Assembly (NCBI GenBank): GCA_964572985.1
Contig: CAZNIC010000006.1
Coordinates: 5,044 to 69,043 of the forward strand
Source: an uncultured Oscillospiraceae bacterium
GTDB lineage: Bacteria > Bacillota > Clostridia > UMGS1883
Length of the DNA: 64,000 nucleotides
Reading direction: 5' to 3'
The translations under genes were made by a program, and so were the position numbers. The first letter of the stretch is position 1; each line of letters starts with the position of its first letter. The notes below the pieces were generated by a model. It was not told where the DNA came from, searched no databases, and saw only the letters and a program-made list of their open reading frames with translations. This document shows positions 1-10,605 of the stretch, piece by piece.

Positions 1-17
1 CACTTGCGGGCAAGCTT

Positions 18-1112
18 ATGCTTAAGCCTATTGTTCTTGATGCGCTTTCGGGCGAAAATATAAGCGTAGCCGAAGAGACTGCTTCCGGAGAAATGGTTGT
101 CAGTGCAGCAGTACCGATTATTAACGAAAAAAAAGTTACAGGTGCAATTCTTTTGCAGTCCGGGGCTGAAAACATAGGCGAATATACACAACGGATGTCA
201 GCAAGTATTTTTACCTTGGCAATAATCGTGTCGCTTATAGTTGCATGCTTAGGTTTCGTTTTATCCGGGGTTATTACTGCACCTATCCGCAAATTGACGC
301 GTTCGGTTGTGGGCATGACTGAAAACGACGAGGAAGAAAAGCTTGACATTTCTCACGGTGGTGAAATCGGAGATTTGGTAGATTCGTTCAACAAACTGAT
401 TGACAAAATCGAAATTCAGGAACAAAAAAGACAGGAGTTTGTGTCTAATGCTTCGCATGAGCTTAAAACACCGCTCAGCTCCATAAAGCTCATAGCAGAC
501 TCACTTTTGCAGACGCCTGACGCTCCGAGAGAAATGGAAGAAGAATTCTTAAACGACATGAACGTGCAGGTTGACCGACTGACACGTATCATTGATAAAC
601 TCCTTGCGCTCACAAAGATGGATGATACGCTTGCGGTAAGTCGTATGCACTTTACTGTCATGGATATTACCGAGCTGACGAAAAATGTTGTAAAAGCACT
701 TAAACCTTTGGCAGAGTCAAAGAATATTACGCTTACATACGAATCAGATATCGGTATTTTCTCCAGAATTGAAAAAGACAGATTATGGGAAGCTTTCTAT
801 AACATACTTGATAACTCTATTAAATATACTAAAGAGGGCGGAACTGTAAGGATGACGGTTGAAAGAGAAGATAACCGTGCTGTTATCACCATTGCAGACA
901 GTGGCATTGGTATTGCTCAGGGTGAAATCTATAAGATTTTTGACCGTTTTTACCGTGTTGATAAGGCTCGCTCGCGTGAAACTGGCGGTACGGGACTTGG
1001 GTTATCGATTGCGCTTACAGCCGTAGAACTTCACGGAGGTAATATACAGGTTGAGAGCGAAGAAGGTGTAGGAAGCCGATTTAAGATTATTATTCCCATA
1101 ACGCTTAAATAA
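18..1112 (+). CDS. Sensor histidine kinase, C-terminal portion (TM, HAMP, HisKA, HATPase_c). The reading frame is open upstream of position 18, so the 5' end lies outside the window.
   Basis: H-box 'SHELKTPL', G-box 'GGTGLGLSIA' and a TM helix before a HAMP-like linker. No in-frame stop between nt 3 and 18. Confidence 0.85.
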   Translation: MLKPIVLDALSGENISVAEETASGEMVVSAAVPIINEKKVTGAILLQSGAENIGEYTQRMSASIFTLAIIVSLIVACLGFVLSGVITAPIRKLTRSVVGMTENDEEEKLDISHGGEIGDLVDSFNKLIDKIEIQEQKRQEFVSNASHELKTPLSSIKLIADSLLQTPDAPREMEEEFLNDMNVQVDRLTRIIDKLLALTKMDDTLAVSRMHFTVMDITELTKNVVKALKPLAESKNITLTYESDIGIFSRIEKDRLWEAFYNILDNSIKYTKEGGTVRMTVEREDNRAVITIADSGIGIAQGEIYKIFDRFYRVDKARSRETGGTGLGLSIALTAVELHGGNIQVESEEGVGSRFKIIIPITLK

Positions 1113-1124
1113 GGAGATTTCCGT

Positions 1125-2030
1125 ATGAAGAAAATTGTCTCATTGATGTTGGTGTTTGTAATGTGCTTGTCGCTTACGGCATGTTTTGGTACCAACAAAA
1201 ACGAAGTTGAAATCAACATATATTTCAAAAACAAAGAAACAGGCGAGCTTACTGCCGAAACTGTTAAATACACCGGCAGTCAGAATACTGTTGATATGGC
1301 AAACTTCGCAATGGAAAAATTAATAGCAGGCCCTCAAGATAAGGGTAATGAACGCATACTCCCCGACAACCTGACGTTTTCAGAGGTGGTTGTCAAAGAA
1401 GAAATGGCAATGGTAGATTTTTCAAAATCTTTCACACGTTTCAGCGGCCCGACTGAGCTTATGGCAAGGTTTTCCGTTGTTCAAACCCTTTGCGGGATTC
1501 CGGGTATTACCAGCGTTTTGATTACTGTTGAAGGCAAACCGCTTGTTTCGAATTCAACCGGTAACGAGGTAGGCGTTATTAATAAGAAAGATATAGTGCT
1601 TCAGGTTAATCCTGCAGATACTACTAATGTGCAGTTGTATTTTGCAACCTCCAACGCCCGCAACCTTAAAGCCGAACAGCGCAAGGTTATTACGCTTGAT
1701 ACGATTTCAATTGAAAAGACAATTGTTAACGAACTTATCAAAGGACCTTCATCACATGAGTTGATTTCAACGATTCCTTCCGGTACAAAACTTTTGAACA
1801 TTGAAACAAAGGATGGAGTATGCTATGTAAATCTGTCCGCAGAATTTGTCACAAAGTTCAGCGGGGGCTCAGGTGTGCTGAATGTTTACTCTATTGTAAA
1901 CTCTCTTTGCAGCACAGAAAGCGTAACAAAGGTACAGATTCTCATTGAAGGCGAAAAGGGTGCGGAATTCGGCGGATTTGTATTTGATGAACCGCTTGAA
2001 GCAAATATGGATTTAGTAGTTTCGCAATAG
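1125..2030 (+). CDS. gerM: GerM-like sporulation/germination lipoprotein (two GerMN domains)
   Basis: Signal peptide with lipobox 'LSLTAC'. Two repeated GerMN-like segments (~150 aa each). RBS AAGGAGA upstream. Confidence 0.7.
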   Translation: MKKIVSLMLVFVMCLSLTACFGTNKNEVEINIYFKNKETGELTAETVKYTGSQNTVDMANFAMEKLIAGPQDKGNERILPDNLTFSEVVVKEEMAMVDFSKSFTRFSGPTELMARFSVVQTLCGIPGITSVLITVEGKPLVSNSTGNEVGVINKKDIVLQVNPADTTNVQLYFATSNARNLKAEQRKVITLDTISIEKTIVNELIKGPSSHELISTIPSGTKLLNIETKDGVCYVNLSAEFVTKFSGGSGVLNVYSIVNSLCSTESVTKVQILIEGEKGAEFGGFVFDEPLEANMDLVVSQ

Positions 2031-2040
2031 GGGGAGTATC

Positions 2041-2709
2041 ATGCCTGGATTTGATGTTGTTTTATTTGATTTTGATGGTACAATTGCAGATACTTCTCCC
2101 GGTATAAAAGAAGGGTTAAGGCATGTTTTTAGTCTTAACAACATGCCTCTCTTGTCCGATGAAGAAATGGATAAATTTATCGGACCACCTCTTGATGATA
2201 GTTTTGTAAAATATTGCGGAGTTACGCTCGAAAAAGCAAAATCAATGGTTCTTGAATTCAGAGCCCATTACCATACAAAAGCAATTGACAAGTTCTATAT
2301 TTACGAGGGATTTAAAGAAGCAATAAAAGTACTTAAGGACAAAAATATTCTGGTGGGTGTTGCAACAAGCAAGCCCGAAATCATGGCTGTTCATATATTG
2401 AAAAAAGCAGGGATTTTTGATTGTTTTGACGTTATTCAGGGGGCAACTCTTGATGGAAAACTTATAAAGAAAAACGATATCGTCCGTCATGTGCTCGATA
2501 AAGAAAACGTGAAGGGCAAACAAGCGTTGATGGTTGGTGATACCGAGTTTGACATTTTAGGCGCCCACATGAATGGCTTACCGGCACTATGGGTTGCGTA
2601 TGGGTTCGGTACACTTGAAAACGCACAAAAAGAAAAACCCGAATATACAGCACAGGATATGACAGAAATGATAGAATTTTTCCAAACCTTTGACAGGAGA
2701 GAATTATGA
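2041..2709 (+). CDS. HAD-superfamily hydrolase (phosphoglycolate phosphatase / 5'-nucleotidase-like, subfamily IA)
   Basis: N-terminal motif I 'FDFDGTIADT'; motif III/IV 'VGDTEFDILGA'. RBS GGGGGAG. Confidence 0.8.
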   Translation: MPGFDVVLFDFDGTIADTSPGIKEGLRHVFSLNNMPLLSDEEMDKFIGPPLDDSFVKYCGVTLEKAKSMVLEFRAHYHTKAIDKFYIYEGFKEAIKVLKDKNILVGVATSKPEIMAVHILKKAGIFDCFDVIQGATLDGKLIKKNDIVRHVLDKENVKGKQALMVGDTEFDILGAHMNGLPALWVAYGFGTLENAQKEKPEYTAQDMTEMIEFFQTFDRREL

Positions 2710-4601
2710 ATTTATTGACGGCACATGAGCTTACAAAATCTTTCGGAGAAAGAGATTTGTTCAAAAATGTAAGCTTCAATATTGATGAAAAGTCAAAGAT
2801 AGGCCTCATAGGCGCGAACGGAGTGGGCAAAACCACTCTTTTTCGCGTTATTTGCGAGGAAGAAAGCTACAAAGGTACGCTTAATAAAAACAACCTTTTA
2901 AAAATCGGCTATATGGAGCAGACTCCGCCCGAGGACGATAAAACAGACGCGTATTCATATGTGCTGAATATATTTTTGCCTCTTCGGGAAATGGAGGAGC
3001 GTCTTGAAGAGATACGAAGCAAAATCGAATCGGGGAATTCTGACACAGACAGCCTTATTAATCAGCAAGAAGCTCTTAACAATGAGTATATTGATAAGGG
3101 CGGATTAGTGTACAAATCAAAATGTCGCAGCATGCTCTTGGGTTTGGGTTTTACTGAAAACGAGCTTTCCAATAAACTGAGCGAGCTTTCGGGCGGTCAG
3201 CGGACAAGGCTTTCTCTTGCAAGAGTTTTGTTATCTGATGCAAATCTTCTGCTTTTAGACGAGCCTACTAACCATCTTGATATTGATGCAATTGTTTTTC
3301 TGGAAGGATTTTTGAAGGAATATAACAAGGCTTTTATAGTAATAAGCCATGACCGATATTTTCTTGATAAAGTTACAAACCGAACCTTTGAACTTGAATG
3401 CGAACGCCTTACACAATATGATGGCAATTATTCTGTTTTTGCCGAAAAGAAAAAAGCCGCATATCAAGCGGCAGTGAAAAAATACGATAATACAATGAAG
3501 GAAATCAGCCGTATTGAGGGCATGATTGAACAGCAACGCCGTTGGAACAGGGAAAAGAATATAAAAACAGCCGAAAGCAAGCAAAAAGTAATAGACAAGC
3601 TGGAAAAAAACCTTGAAAAACCCACGTCCAACAACGAGAGGGTGAAATTTAAGTTTACAACAACCCTTGAGGGCGGAAATGATGTTATGGTCATAAAAAA
3701 TCTTTCAAAAAGATACGGTGAAAAGAAACTTTTTGAAAATGTAGACTTGTTGTTAAAGAAAAAAGAGTGTGTTTTTGTTCTCGGTCCGAACGGGTGCGGA
3801 AAATCAACATTCTACCGCATTATAAAAGGTGAAGAGGTTGCCGACAGCGGAACAGTTAAATTTGGAAGCAACATCGAATGCGGATACTACGACCAGACCA
3901 GGGGAGATATTGCAGGTGGCAAGACTATTCTTGACGAGGTTTGGGACAGATATCCGAAAATGACACAGACTCAGGTCAGAAATGCACTGGCTGCTTTCCT
4001 CTTTACGGGGGATGAGGTTTTCAAAGAAACTGATTTACTCTCAGGTGGCGAAAAGGCGAGGATTGCTCTTCTTTGTCTCATGCTCAGGGGTTCAAATTTC
4101 ATCTTGTTGGATGAACCCACAAACCATCTTGACCTTGTTTCGCGAGAAGCCTTAGAAGACGCCATTGAAGATTTCGGCGGAACTGTTTTTATCATAAGCC
4201 ATGACAGATATTTGATAAACAAATTAGCGGACAAGCTTTTTGTGTTTGAAAACGACACTATTGTTGAATATAACTGTACCTATGATGAGTATATGGCGCG
4301 AAAAGAAACATCTGATAAGCCTGTAAAGGAAATTTCTGTGCCGAAAGCCGAAAAAATTAATGACTACAAAGCACAAAAAGAAAAAGAGCGTAATAAACGA
4401 ATGAGGACAAATCGTATTGCAAAGCTCGAACTGTTGATAACCGAAACCGAAGAAAAAATCGATGCTGTCTCAGAAGAGATTAATACTGTCGGTGCCGATT
4501 ATCAGCGCCTTATGGAATTAAACGCATCTTTAGACTCACTTAACGGTGAACTTCTTGATTATATGGAAGAATGGGAAAAGCTCAGCGAGGAGGATGATTA
4601 A
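2706..4601 (+). CDS. ABC-F family ATPase (two ABC domains, no TMD, C-terminal coiled coil). A translation factor or ribosome-protection-type protein.
   Basis: Two Walker A motifs ('GANGVGKTT', 'GPNGCGKST'), two 'LSGGQ/LSGGE' signatures and a K/E-rich C-terminal tail. ATGA overlap with the upstream gene. Confidence 0.85.
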   Translation: MNLLTAHELTKSFGERDLFKNVSFNIDEKSKIGLIGANGVGKTTLFRVICEEESYKGTLNKNNLLKIGYMEQTPPEDDKTDAYSYVLNIFLPLREMEERLEEIRSKIESGNSDTDSLINQQEALNNEYIDKGGLVYKSKCRSMLLGLGFTENELSNKLSELSGGQRTRLSLARVLLSDANLLLLDEPTNHLDIDAIVFLEGFLKEYNKAFIVISHDRYFLDKVTNRTFELECERLTQYDGNYSVFAEKKKAAYQAAVKKYDNTMKEISRIEGMIEQQRRWNREKNIKTAESKQKVIDKLEKNLEKPTSNNERVKFKFTTTLEGGNDVMVIKNLSKRYGEKKLFENVDLLLKKKECVFVLGPNGCGKSTFYRIIKGEEVADSGTVKFGSNIECGYYDQTRGDIAGGKTILDEVWDRYPKMTQTQVRNALAAFLFTGDEVFKETDLLSGGEKARIALLCLMLRGSNFILLDEPTNHLDLVSREALEDAIEDFGGTVFIISHDRYLINKLADKLFVFENDTIVEYNCTYDEYMARKETSDKPVKEISVPKAEKINDYKAQKEKERNKRMRTNRIAKLELLITETEEKIDAVSEEINTVGADYQRLMELNASLDSLNGELLDYMEEWEKLSEEDD

Positions 4602-5614
4602 TGCCTTATATAGGTATAATCCGCGGAGTTGGTGAAGGATATTACGCAACAGGTTATATCATAAAAATTATCAAAGCACTTAATCGCAGATTCCGTTCCA
4701 AGATCAAATTTGAAGAGGTTAATCTTGGTGATTATACCCGTCACGGTTGCGAATTGGACCGAAACGAGATAACAAAAATTCGAAGCTGTGACGCTGTGTT
4801 TTCAGGTGATATGCAGGGTATTAATCCTATAGATTATTCGATTGCAGATATTGCAATGATGCTTGATAACTGTATTGAATATACTTGTATTTCGGGACTT
4901 TCGGATTACGGCAACGTTAACGTAATTGTTGCTTCGTATTTTGATGGTGGCACGAGGCTCAGGTACAATGTCACCAATGTTGACGGATGCAGCGAAACCA
5001 GAATATGCAGTACTCATACTGCGATGGGCATTGTAAGGCATGTAAGCCGCGAGTGCGAAAACCGAAGGAGAAGGCTTGCATTTGTAAGCGATGCGGATAA
5101 TGAATACTGTGCAAATCTTTTTTATAAAAAATTTGAGGACTTCACGCTGCCTCTACCTAATTTTCATATGATAAAATTTTCAACTGCGGATATTGCGTAT
5201 GAAGTACTGTTTGACCCGGCACAGTTTGATATGATATTTGCATCCAAGTCATTTTCAGACTATGCGTGGGGAATGTACCGTTCGAGGCTTGATGAGCATT
5301 TTGTTGCATATACGAGATATGCGAAGAGCAAAAGCGTCTATTATGTAAAAGGATTATACTCAAATTTAGCGTCGGCAGATGAAATCCCAAGTATGTGTTC
5401 ATATATCATCGCATTAAGCGATATGTTAAAAATTGAGTTTAACATGAACAAAGAAGCAGAACACCTAAGGCTTGCACTTGATGCCGTTATAAAGACGGGA
5501 AAATCAGTTCTTGAAACGGAAAGCTTTATTCAAGCTGTAATTGATGAACTAAAACGCCCCGTTGAAAGAAAACACTCTAAATCAATAAAAGGAAAAAGAT
5601 ATATCATAAAATAA
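4601..5614 (+). CDS. Degenerate isocitrate/isopropylmalate dehydrogenase-fold protein (likely a non-catalytic paralog)
   Basis: The sequence aligns along its length with LeuB/Icd. 'IGIIRGVGEGYY' sits where 'IAVLPGDGIGPEV' is. 'CDAVFSGDMQG' sits where 'ADAVLFGSVGGP' is. 'DPAQFDMIFASKSFSDY' sits where '[20 protein letters not shown]' is. The catalytic and NAD-loop residues are replaced. TAATG overlap with the ABC-F stop. Confidence 0.55.
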   Translation: MPYIGIIRGVGEGYYATGYIIKIIKALNRRFRSKIKFEEVNLGDYTRHGCELDRNEITKIRSCDAVFSGDMQGINPIDYSIADIAMMLDNCIEYTCISGLSDYGNVNVIVASYFDGGTRLRYNVTNVDGCSETRICSTHTAMGIVRHVSRECENRRRRLAFVSDADNEYCANLFYKKFEDFTLPLPNFHMIKFSTADIAYEVLFDPAQFDMIFASKSFSDYAWGMYRSRLDEHFVAYTRYAKSKSVYYVKGLYSNLASADEIPSMCSYIIALSDMLKIEFNMNKEAEHLRLALDAVIKTGKSVLETESFIQAVIDELKRPVERKHSKSIKGKRYIIK

Positions 5615-5645
5615 GGCAACGGAATTATCCGTTGCCTTTAAAATT
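5614..5645. terminator. Bidirectional hairpin terminator between convergent genes
   Basis: 'AAGGCAACGGAATTATCCGTTGCCTTTAAAA': a 9-10 bp perfect stem with A/T runs on both sides. Confidence 0.6.
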
Positions 5646-7020
5646 AATAGTTTTCAAGTGTTTTTTCGGCTATTTCAACCGAATACAAAACGGCACTTTC
5701 GCTGGGACCGCCTATAAGGCTTCTGCCTTCAACACAAGCTGTCATGCTGATTGCATCGTAGATATCATTTTCGATATATTCGCTGCATTCCTTCATTTCT
5801 GCGAGTGTTAAATCGTCAAGAGCTTTGTTTGCTTTTTCAGCCATAAGAACCATTCTGCCTACGATTGCATGTGCTTCGCGGAAAGGAACACCCTTCTTTA
5901 CCAGATAGTCTGCAACATCGGTTGCGTTCGCAAAACCGCCCTTTGCACCGTTGAGCATTGTTTCTTTATTGATTTTCATAGTACTGATCATACCGTTAAA
6001 AACGGGAACGCAAAGTTTTACAGTATCGATTGCGTCAAAGAGCGATTCCTTATCCTCCTGCATATCTTTATTATAGGCGAGAGGAATACCTTTCATAACG
6101 GTTAAAAGAGCTGTCAAAGAGCCGTAAACTCTGCCTGTTTTGCCGCGGATAAGCTCTGCAACGTCGGGGTTTTTCTTTTGAGGCATAATAGAGGAGCCTG
6201 TGCTGTAACCGTCATCCATTGTTACAAAACGGAACTCGTTGCTGCTCCACAAAATAAGCTCTTCGGAAAAGCGCGAGAGGTGCATCATTACAAGAGAAAG
6301 ATTGCTTGTTAATTCAATGGCAAAATCGCGGTCTGAAACGCCGTCCAGAGAATTTGTTGTAACAGCTGCAAAACCAAGCTCACGGGCTACCATTTCGCGG
6401 TCAAGCGGGTGAGTAGTACCAGCCAATGCACCGCTTCCGAGCGGCATTACATTTGTTCTCTTATATGTATCATTAAGCCTGTCAAGGTCACGAAGGAGCA
6501 TGTTTACATATGCCATGACATGATGCGCAAATGTGATAGGCTGAGCTTTCTGAAGATGAGTATATCCGGGCATAATTGTCTTGGTGTGAGCTTTTGCAAT
6601 TGCAAGCAGTGAGTTGATAAGCTCAACTATCATGCCTTTTATTTCGCAAATTTCGTCTTTTACGTACATTCTTATATCAAGAGCAACCTGGTCATTACGG
6701 CTTCTGCCTGTATGAAGACGTTTGCCTGTATCACCAATACGCTCAATCAATATTTTTTCTACGTTCATGTGGATATCTTCAGCATCGATTTCAAATTCTA
6801 CTTTGCCGTTTTCAACATCAGAGAGAATTTCACCCAAGGTTTTAATAATAAGCATGCTGTCTTCTTCGGATATAATACCCTGTTTGCCAAGCATACGTGC
6901 ATGAGCAATACTGCCTGTGATATCCTGCTTATACAGCCTTTGGTCAAATCTGATTGAAGAGTTGAAGTCGTCAACCTTTTTGTCGGTTGCCTTTTCAAAT
7001 CTGCCACCCCAGAGTTTCAT
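5644..7020 (-). CDS. argH: Argininosuccinate lyase
   Basis: N-terminus 'MKLWGGRFE'; fumarase/aspartase-family signature '[12 protein letters not shown]'. Confidence 0.95.
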   Translation of the reverse strand: MKLWGGRFEKATDKKVDDFNSSIRFDQRLYKQDITGSIAHARMLGKQGIISEEDSMLIIKTLGEILSDVENGKVEFEIDAEDIHMNVEKILIERIGDTGKRLHTGRSRNDQVALDIRMYVKDEICEIKGMIVELINSLLAIAKAHTKTIMPGYTHLQKAQPITFAHHVMAYVNMLLRDLDRLNDTYKRTNVMPLGSGALAGTTHPLDREMVARELGFAAVTTNSLDGVSDRDFAIELTSNLSLVMMHLSRFSEELILWSSNEFRFVTMDDGYSTGSSIMPQKKNPDVAELIRGKTGRVYGSLTALLTVMKGIPLAYNKDMQEDKESLFDAIDTVKLCVPVFNGMISTMKINKETMLNGAKGGFANATDVADYLVKKGVPFREAHAIVGRMVLMAEKANKALDDLTLAEMKECSEYIENDIYDAISMTACVEGRSLIGGPSESAVLYSVEIAEKTLENY

Positions 7021-7076
7021 AATTTCACCTCATTAATAATATAGGGCGGAATTAATCCGCCCTATTGGTTTTTTGA

Positions 7077-8294
7077 TTAAAGTTCGCCGTTTTCCTGGAG
7101 CATCATAGCTCTAACCTTTAAGGGAAGACCAAAGAGGTTAATAAAGCCTTCTGCATCAGCGTGGTTGTAAAGTTCCTTACTGTCGCCGAAAGAAGCAATC
7201 TGCTCATTGTAGAGAGAATACTTACTCTTTGCGCCGGCAGAAGAAATGTGACCCTTGTAAAGCTTAACTCTTACTTCACCTGTAACAGTTTCCTGTGTGC
7301 TGTCAACAAAAGCAGAGAGTGCCTGACGAAGGGGAGTAAACCACTTACCGTCATATACAAGTTCCGAGAACTTAATAGCAGCCTGTCTCTTGAAAGCCTG
7401 TGTATCACGGTCAAGACAGAGATATTCAAGCTCGTCATGAGTATACTGCAAAATTGTACCGCCGGGTGTTTCGTATACACCGCGGGATTTCATACCAACA
7501 AGTCTGTCTTCGCAGATATCAACAATACCTATGCCGTTAGCGCCGCCGATAGCGTTGAGCTTTTCAACAATTTCAACGGGACCCATTTTTACGCCGTCAA
7601 GAGAAACGGGAACGCCCTTTTCGTAACCAACGGTAACGTATGTGGGTTCATCGGGAGCTTTTTCGGGAGATACACCAAGCTTGAGGAGTGTATCGAACAT
7701 AGGTTCATTTGCGGGATCTTCAAGATCCATACCTTCGTGGCTGATGTGCCAGATATTTCTGTCACGGGAGTAGAGATCCTTCTTTGTAACGGGGATTTCG
7801 ATACCGTGAGCTTCTGCATAGTCAACAGCGTCTTCGCGGCTCTTGATGTCCCACATTCTCCAAGGAGCGATAATTCTCAGGTGGGGAGCAAGAGCTTTGA
7901 TTGTAAGCTCAAAACGAACCTGGTCGTTACCTTTACCTGTTGCACCGTGGCAGATAGCTGTAGCGCCTTCTGCGAGAGCGATTTCAACAAGCTTCTTTGC
8001 AATTACGGGACGAGCATGGCTTGTACCAAGAAGATACTTGCCTTCATATACTGCGCCTGCCTTAACTGTGGGGAATATGTAATCTCTTACGTATTCTTCA
8101 CGAAGGTCAGCAATGTAACACTTTGAAGCGCCGGACTTTTTAGCTCTTTCTTCCAAGCCGTCAGTTTCCTTACCCTGTCCTACATCACCACAAACTGCGA
8201 TAACTTCACAGTCGTAGTTTTCACGGAGCCAGGCAATTATGATAGATGTATCAAGGCCGCCGGAATAAGCAAGAACAATTTTTTCTTTTGACAT
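7077..8294 (-). CDS. argG: Argininosuccinate synthase
   Basis: 'AYSGGLDTS' PP-loop. The likely true start is 'MSKEK' at 8294, preceded by AGGAGG; the ORF track extends 14 codons further upstream. Confidence 0.93.
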   Translation of the reverse strand: MSKEKIVLAYSGGLDTSIIIAWLRENYDCEVIAVCGDVGQGKETDGLEERAKKSGASKCYIADLREEYVRDYIFPTVKAGAVYEGKYLLGTSHARPVIAKKLVEIALAEGATAICHGATGKGNDQVRFELTIKALAPHLRIIAPWRMWDIKSREDAVDYAEAHGIEIPVTKKDLYSRDRNIWHISHEGMDLEDPANEPMFDTLLKLGVSPEKAPDEPTYVTVGYEKGVPVSLDGVKMGPVEIVEKLNAIGGANGIGIVDICEDRLVGMKSRGVYETPGGTILQYTHDELEYLCLDRDTQAFKRQAAIKFSELVYDGKWFTPLRQALSAFVDSTQETVTGEVRVKLYKGHISSAGAKSKYSLYNEQIASFGDSKELYNHADAEGFINLFGLPLKVRAMMLQENGEL

Positions 8295-8420
8295 ATTGCA
8301 ATTCCTCCTAAATATGATAAAATAATAAAGTAACAATGTAAATTATACACATCTTCTGTATATTATAAATCACTTTATACAATTAATCAACACTTTTTTT
8401 GAAAAAACGGAGTATTTTTT

Positions 8421-8930
8421 ATGAGAATTTTAGGCATTGACCCCGGCATTGCAATTGTGGGCACGGGAATAGTTGACAAGGTGGGATATAAGTATCAACC
8501 AATATACTATGATTCAATTATTACAAAAGCACATACACCCCTTGAAGACAGAATCGAAACCGTGTATAATAAAACAGTTGAATTGATAAAAACATATAAT
8601 CCCGATGCTGTTGCTGTTGAGGAATTGTTTTTTAACAATAATGCTAAAACCGCATTTGCGGTCGGACAGGCGAGAGGGGTTATTCTTCTTGCGGCAAAAC
8701 AGTACAATGTTCCGTTTTATGAATATACGCCTCTTCAAGTGAAACAGGCATTAACAGGATACGGAAGAGCCGATAAAAAACAGATGCAACAAATGGTCAA
8801 GTCGTTTTTGGGGCTTAGCGAAGTGCCCAAACCCGACGATACTGCAGACGCACTTGCAATAGCAATCTGCCACGGCAACAGCGTAAGATTTAACAATTTG
8901 GAGAAAATTCTGGGAGGGAATAAAATATGA
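8421..8930 (+). CDS. ruvC: Crossover junction endodeoxyribonuclease RuvC
   Basis: 'MRILGIDPG...' at the N-terminus, with the RuvC acidic catalytic residues. Confidence 0.92.
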   Translation: MRILGIDPGIAIVGTGIVDKVGYKYQPIYYDSIITKAHTPLEDRIETVYNKTVELIKTYNPDAVAVEELFFNNNAKTAFAVGQARGVILLAAKQYNVPFYEYTPLQVKQALTGYGRADKKQMQQMVKSFLGLSEVPKPDDTADALAIAICHGNSVRFNNLEKILGGNKI

Positions 8931-9523
8931 TAGCTTTTCTCAAGGGAAAGGTTTCGTCAACAGATGAAACCGGTGCAATTATAGATGTAAACGGCGTAGG
9001 CTTCAATGTTATTATGCCTGCAATTGATATCAATAAGCTGCCCGAAGTAGGTGCAGAAACTCTTGTATATACATATTTATATGTACGCGAAGATGTAATG
9101 GACCTGTTCGGTTTTTCAGACAGAGAATCTATTAAATATTTTAAAAAGCTTATAAGTGTTTCCGGTGTAGGCCCTAAGGCGGCAATTGCACTTTTGTCGG
9201 CACTTACGCCAAGCGAACTTGCGTTGGCGATAATATCGTCTGATGCAAAAGCCATCGGCAAAGCAAAGGGAATAGGTCCGAAAATGGCTCAGCGTATTGT
9301 GCTGGAGCTTAAGGGAAAAGTTGACAGCGAAGACGCAATTGATAACGGACATGTTGCACCGTCATATAAGCCCACGCAGGATTCAAGTGCCGTAAATGCA
9401 CTGATTGCTCTGGGTTGTTCGCCAAGCGAAGCACAGAAAACAGTAATGCAGATATCCGGAGATAATCTTTCTACAGAAGATATTATCAAGGAAGCTTTAA
9501 GGAGGTTGTCAAATGGAATTTGA
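8927..9523 (+). CDS. ruvA: Holliday junction DNA helicase RuvA
   Basis: Helix-hairpin-helix 'GVGPKAA' and '[10 protein letters not shown]'. ATGA overlap with ruvC. Confidence 0.92.
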   Translation: MIAFLKGKVSSTDETGAIIDVNGVGFNVIMPAIDINKLPEVGAETLVYTYLYVREDVMDLFGFSDRESIKYFKKLISVSGVGPKAAIALLSALTPSELALAIISSDAKAIGKAKGIGPKMAQRIVLELKGKVDSEDAIDNGHVAPSYKPTQDSSAVNALIALGCSPSEAQKTVMQISGDNLSTEDIIKEALRRLSNGI

Positions 9524-10532
9524 TGAAAGAATGATATCTCCGAATATGCTCCAGGGTGACGATGTTGAAGTAAGTATTCGTCCCAAAACGATGGATGAGT
9601 ATATCGGACAGGATAAAGTAAAGAAAAATCTTGAAATTTATATAAAAGCGGCAAGAGAAAGGCGCGAAGCACTTGACCATGTGCTTTTGTACGGACCTCC
9701 GGGACTTGGTAAAACAACACTTGCGGGCATTATTGCAAACGAAATGGGTGTTAACATTAAAGTTACAAGCGGTCCTGCAATTGAAAAGCCCATGGACATG
9801 GCGGCAATACTTACGAATTTAGGACCTCAGGATGTTTTGTTTATTGACGAAATCCACCGTCTTTCCCGTACTGTTGAGGAAATTCTGTATTCAGCAATGG
9901 AAGACTTTTCATTGGATATCATTGTTGGCAAAGGACCCAGTGCACAGAGCGTAAGACTTTCGCTTCAACCCTTTACGTTAGTAGGTGCAACAACGAGAGC
10001 GGGTCTTTTGTCAGCTCCTTTACGTGACCGTTTCGGGGTTATAGAAAGACTGGAACTTTACACGACGTATGATCTTGTAAATATTATTAAGCGCAACAGT
10101 GCAATTTTGGGCTTTGAGATTTCGGATGAGGGTGCAGCAGAGATTGCGTCACGTTCACGCGGTACACCCAGAATAGCAAACCGCCTTTTAAAGCGCGTCA
10201 GGGATTATGCTCAAGTAAAGAGAGACATGGTTATTTCAAAGCAAAGTGCAGACGAAGCTCTTAACATGCTCGAAATAGACAATCTTGGACTTGATGCAAT
10301 TGATAAAAAAATGATGACATCTATAATGCTTAATTTTGAAGGCGGTCCCGTAGGGCTTGACACCTTGGCGGCAACGATAGGTGAAGACAGCCGTACAATT
10401 GAAGATATGTACGAACCATATCTTTTACAGCTTGGTTTTCTTAACCGCACACCCCGTGGCAGAGTTGCTACAAAAGCGGCATATGACCACTACAAAATAC
10501 AGCCGAAAAACACACAGACAACTTTATGTTAA
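9513..10532 (+). CDS. ruvB: Holliday junction DNA helicase RuvB (AAA+)
   Basis: Walker A 'GPPGLGKTT' and Walker B 'LFIDEIHRL'. Overlaps the ruvA end. Confidence 0.95.
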   Translation: MEFDERMISPNMLQGDDVEVSIRPKTMDEYIGQDKVKKNLEIYIKAARERREALDHVLLYGPPGLGKTTLAGIIANEMGVNIKVTSGPAIEKPMDMAAILTNLGPQDVLFIDEIHRLSRTVEEILYSAMEDFSLDIIVGKGPSAQSVRLSLQPFTLVGATTRAGLLSAPLRDRFGVIERLELYTTYDLVNIIKRNSAILGFEISDEGAAEIASRSRGTPRIANRLLKRVRDYAQVKRDMVISKQSADEALNMLEIDNLGLDAIDKKMMTSIMLNFEGGPVGLDTLAATIGEDSRTIEDMYEPYLLQLGFLNRTPRGRVATKAAYDHYKIQPKNTQTTLC

Positions 10533-10605
10533 AAGTTTGTGACAAATGCTTTAATTAAGAGGAAAAACGAAATATTATGACGAATATTATTTCGGAGGTG
10601 ATGTT

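Noticed and set aside
7038-7075. Hairpin 'ATAGGGCGGAATTAATCCGCCCTAT' plus a T-run between argG and argH
   Set aside because: The T-run is on the plus strand, but both flanking genes are on the minus strand. It may be an RNA-processing or attenuation element rather than a canonical terminator, and there is too little evidence to call it.
7161-8126. 321-aa plus-strand ORF
   Set aside because: Entirely antisense to argG, which has unmistakable conserved motifs. It is rich in Cys/Phe/Val typical of antisense frames.
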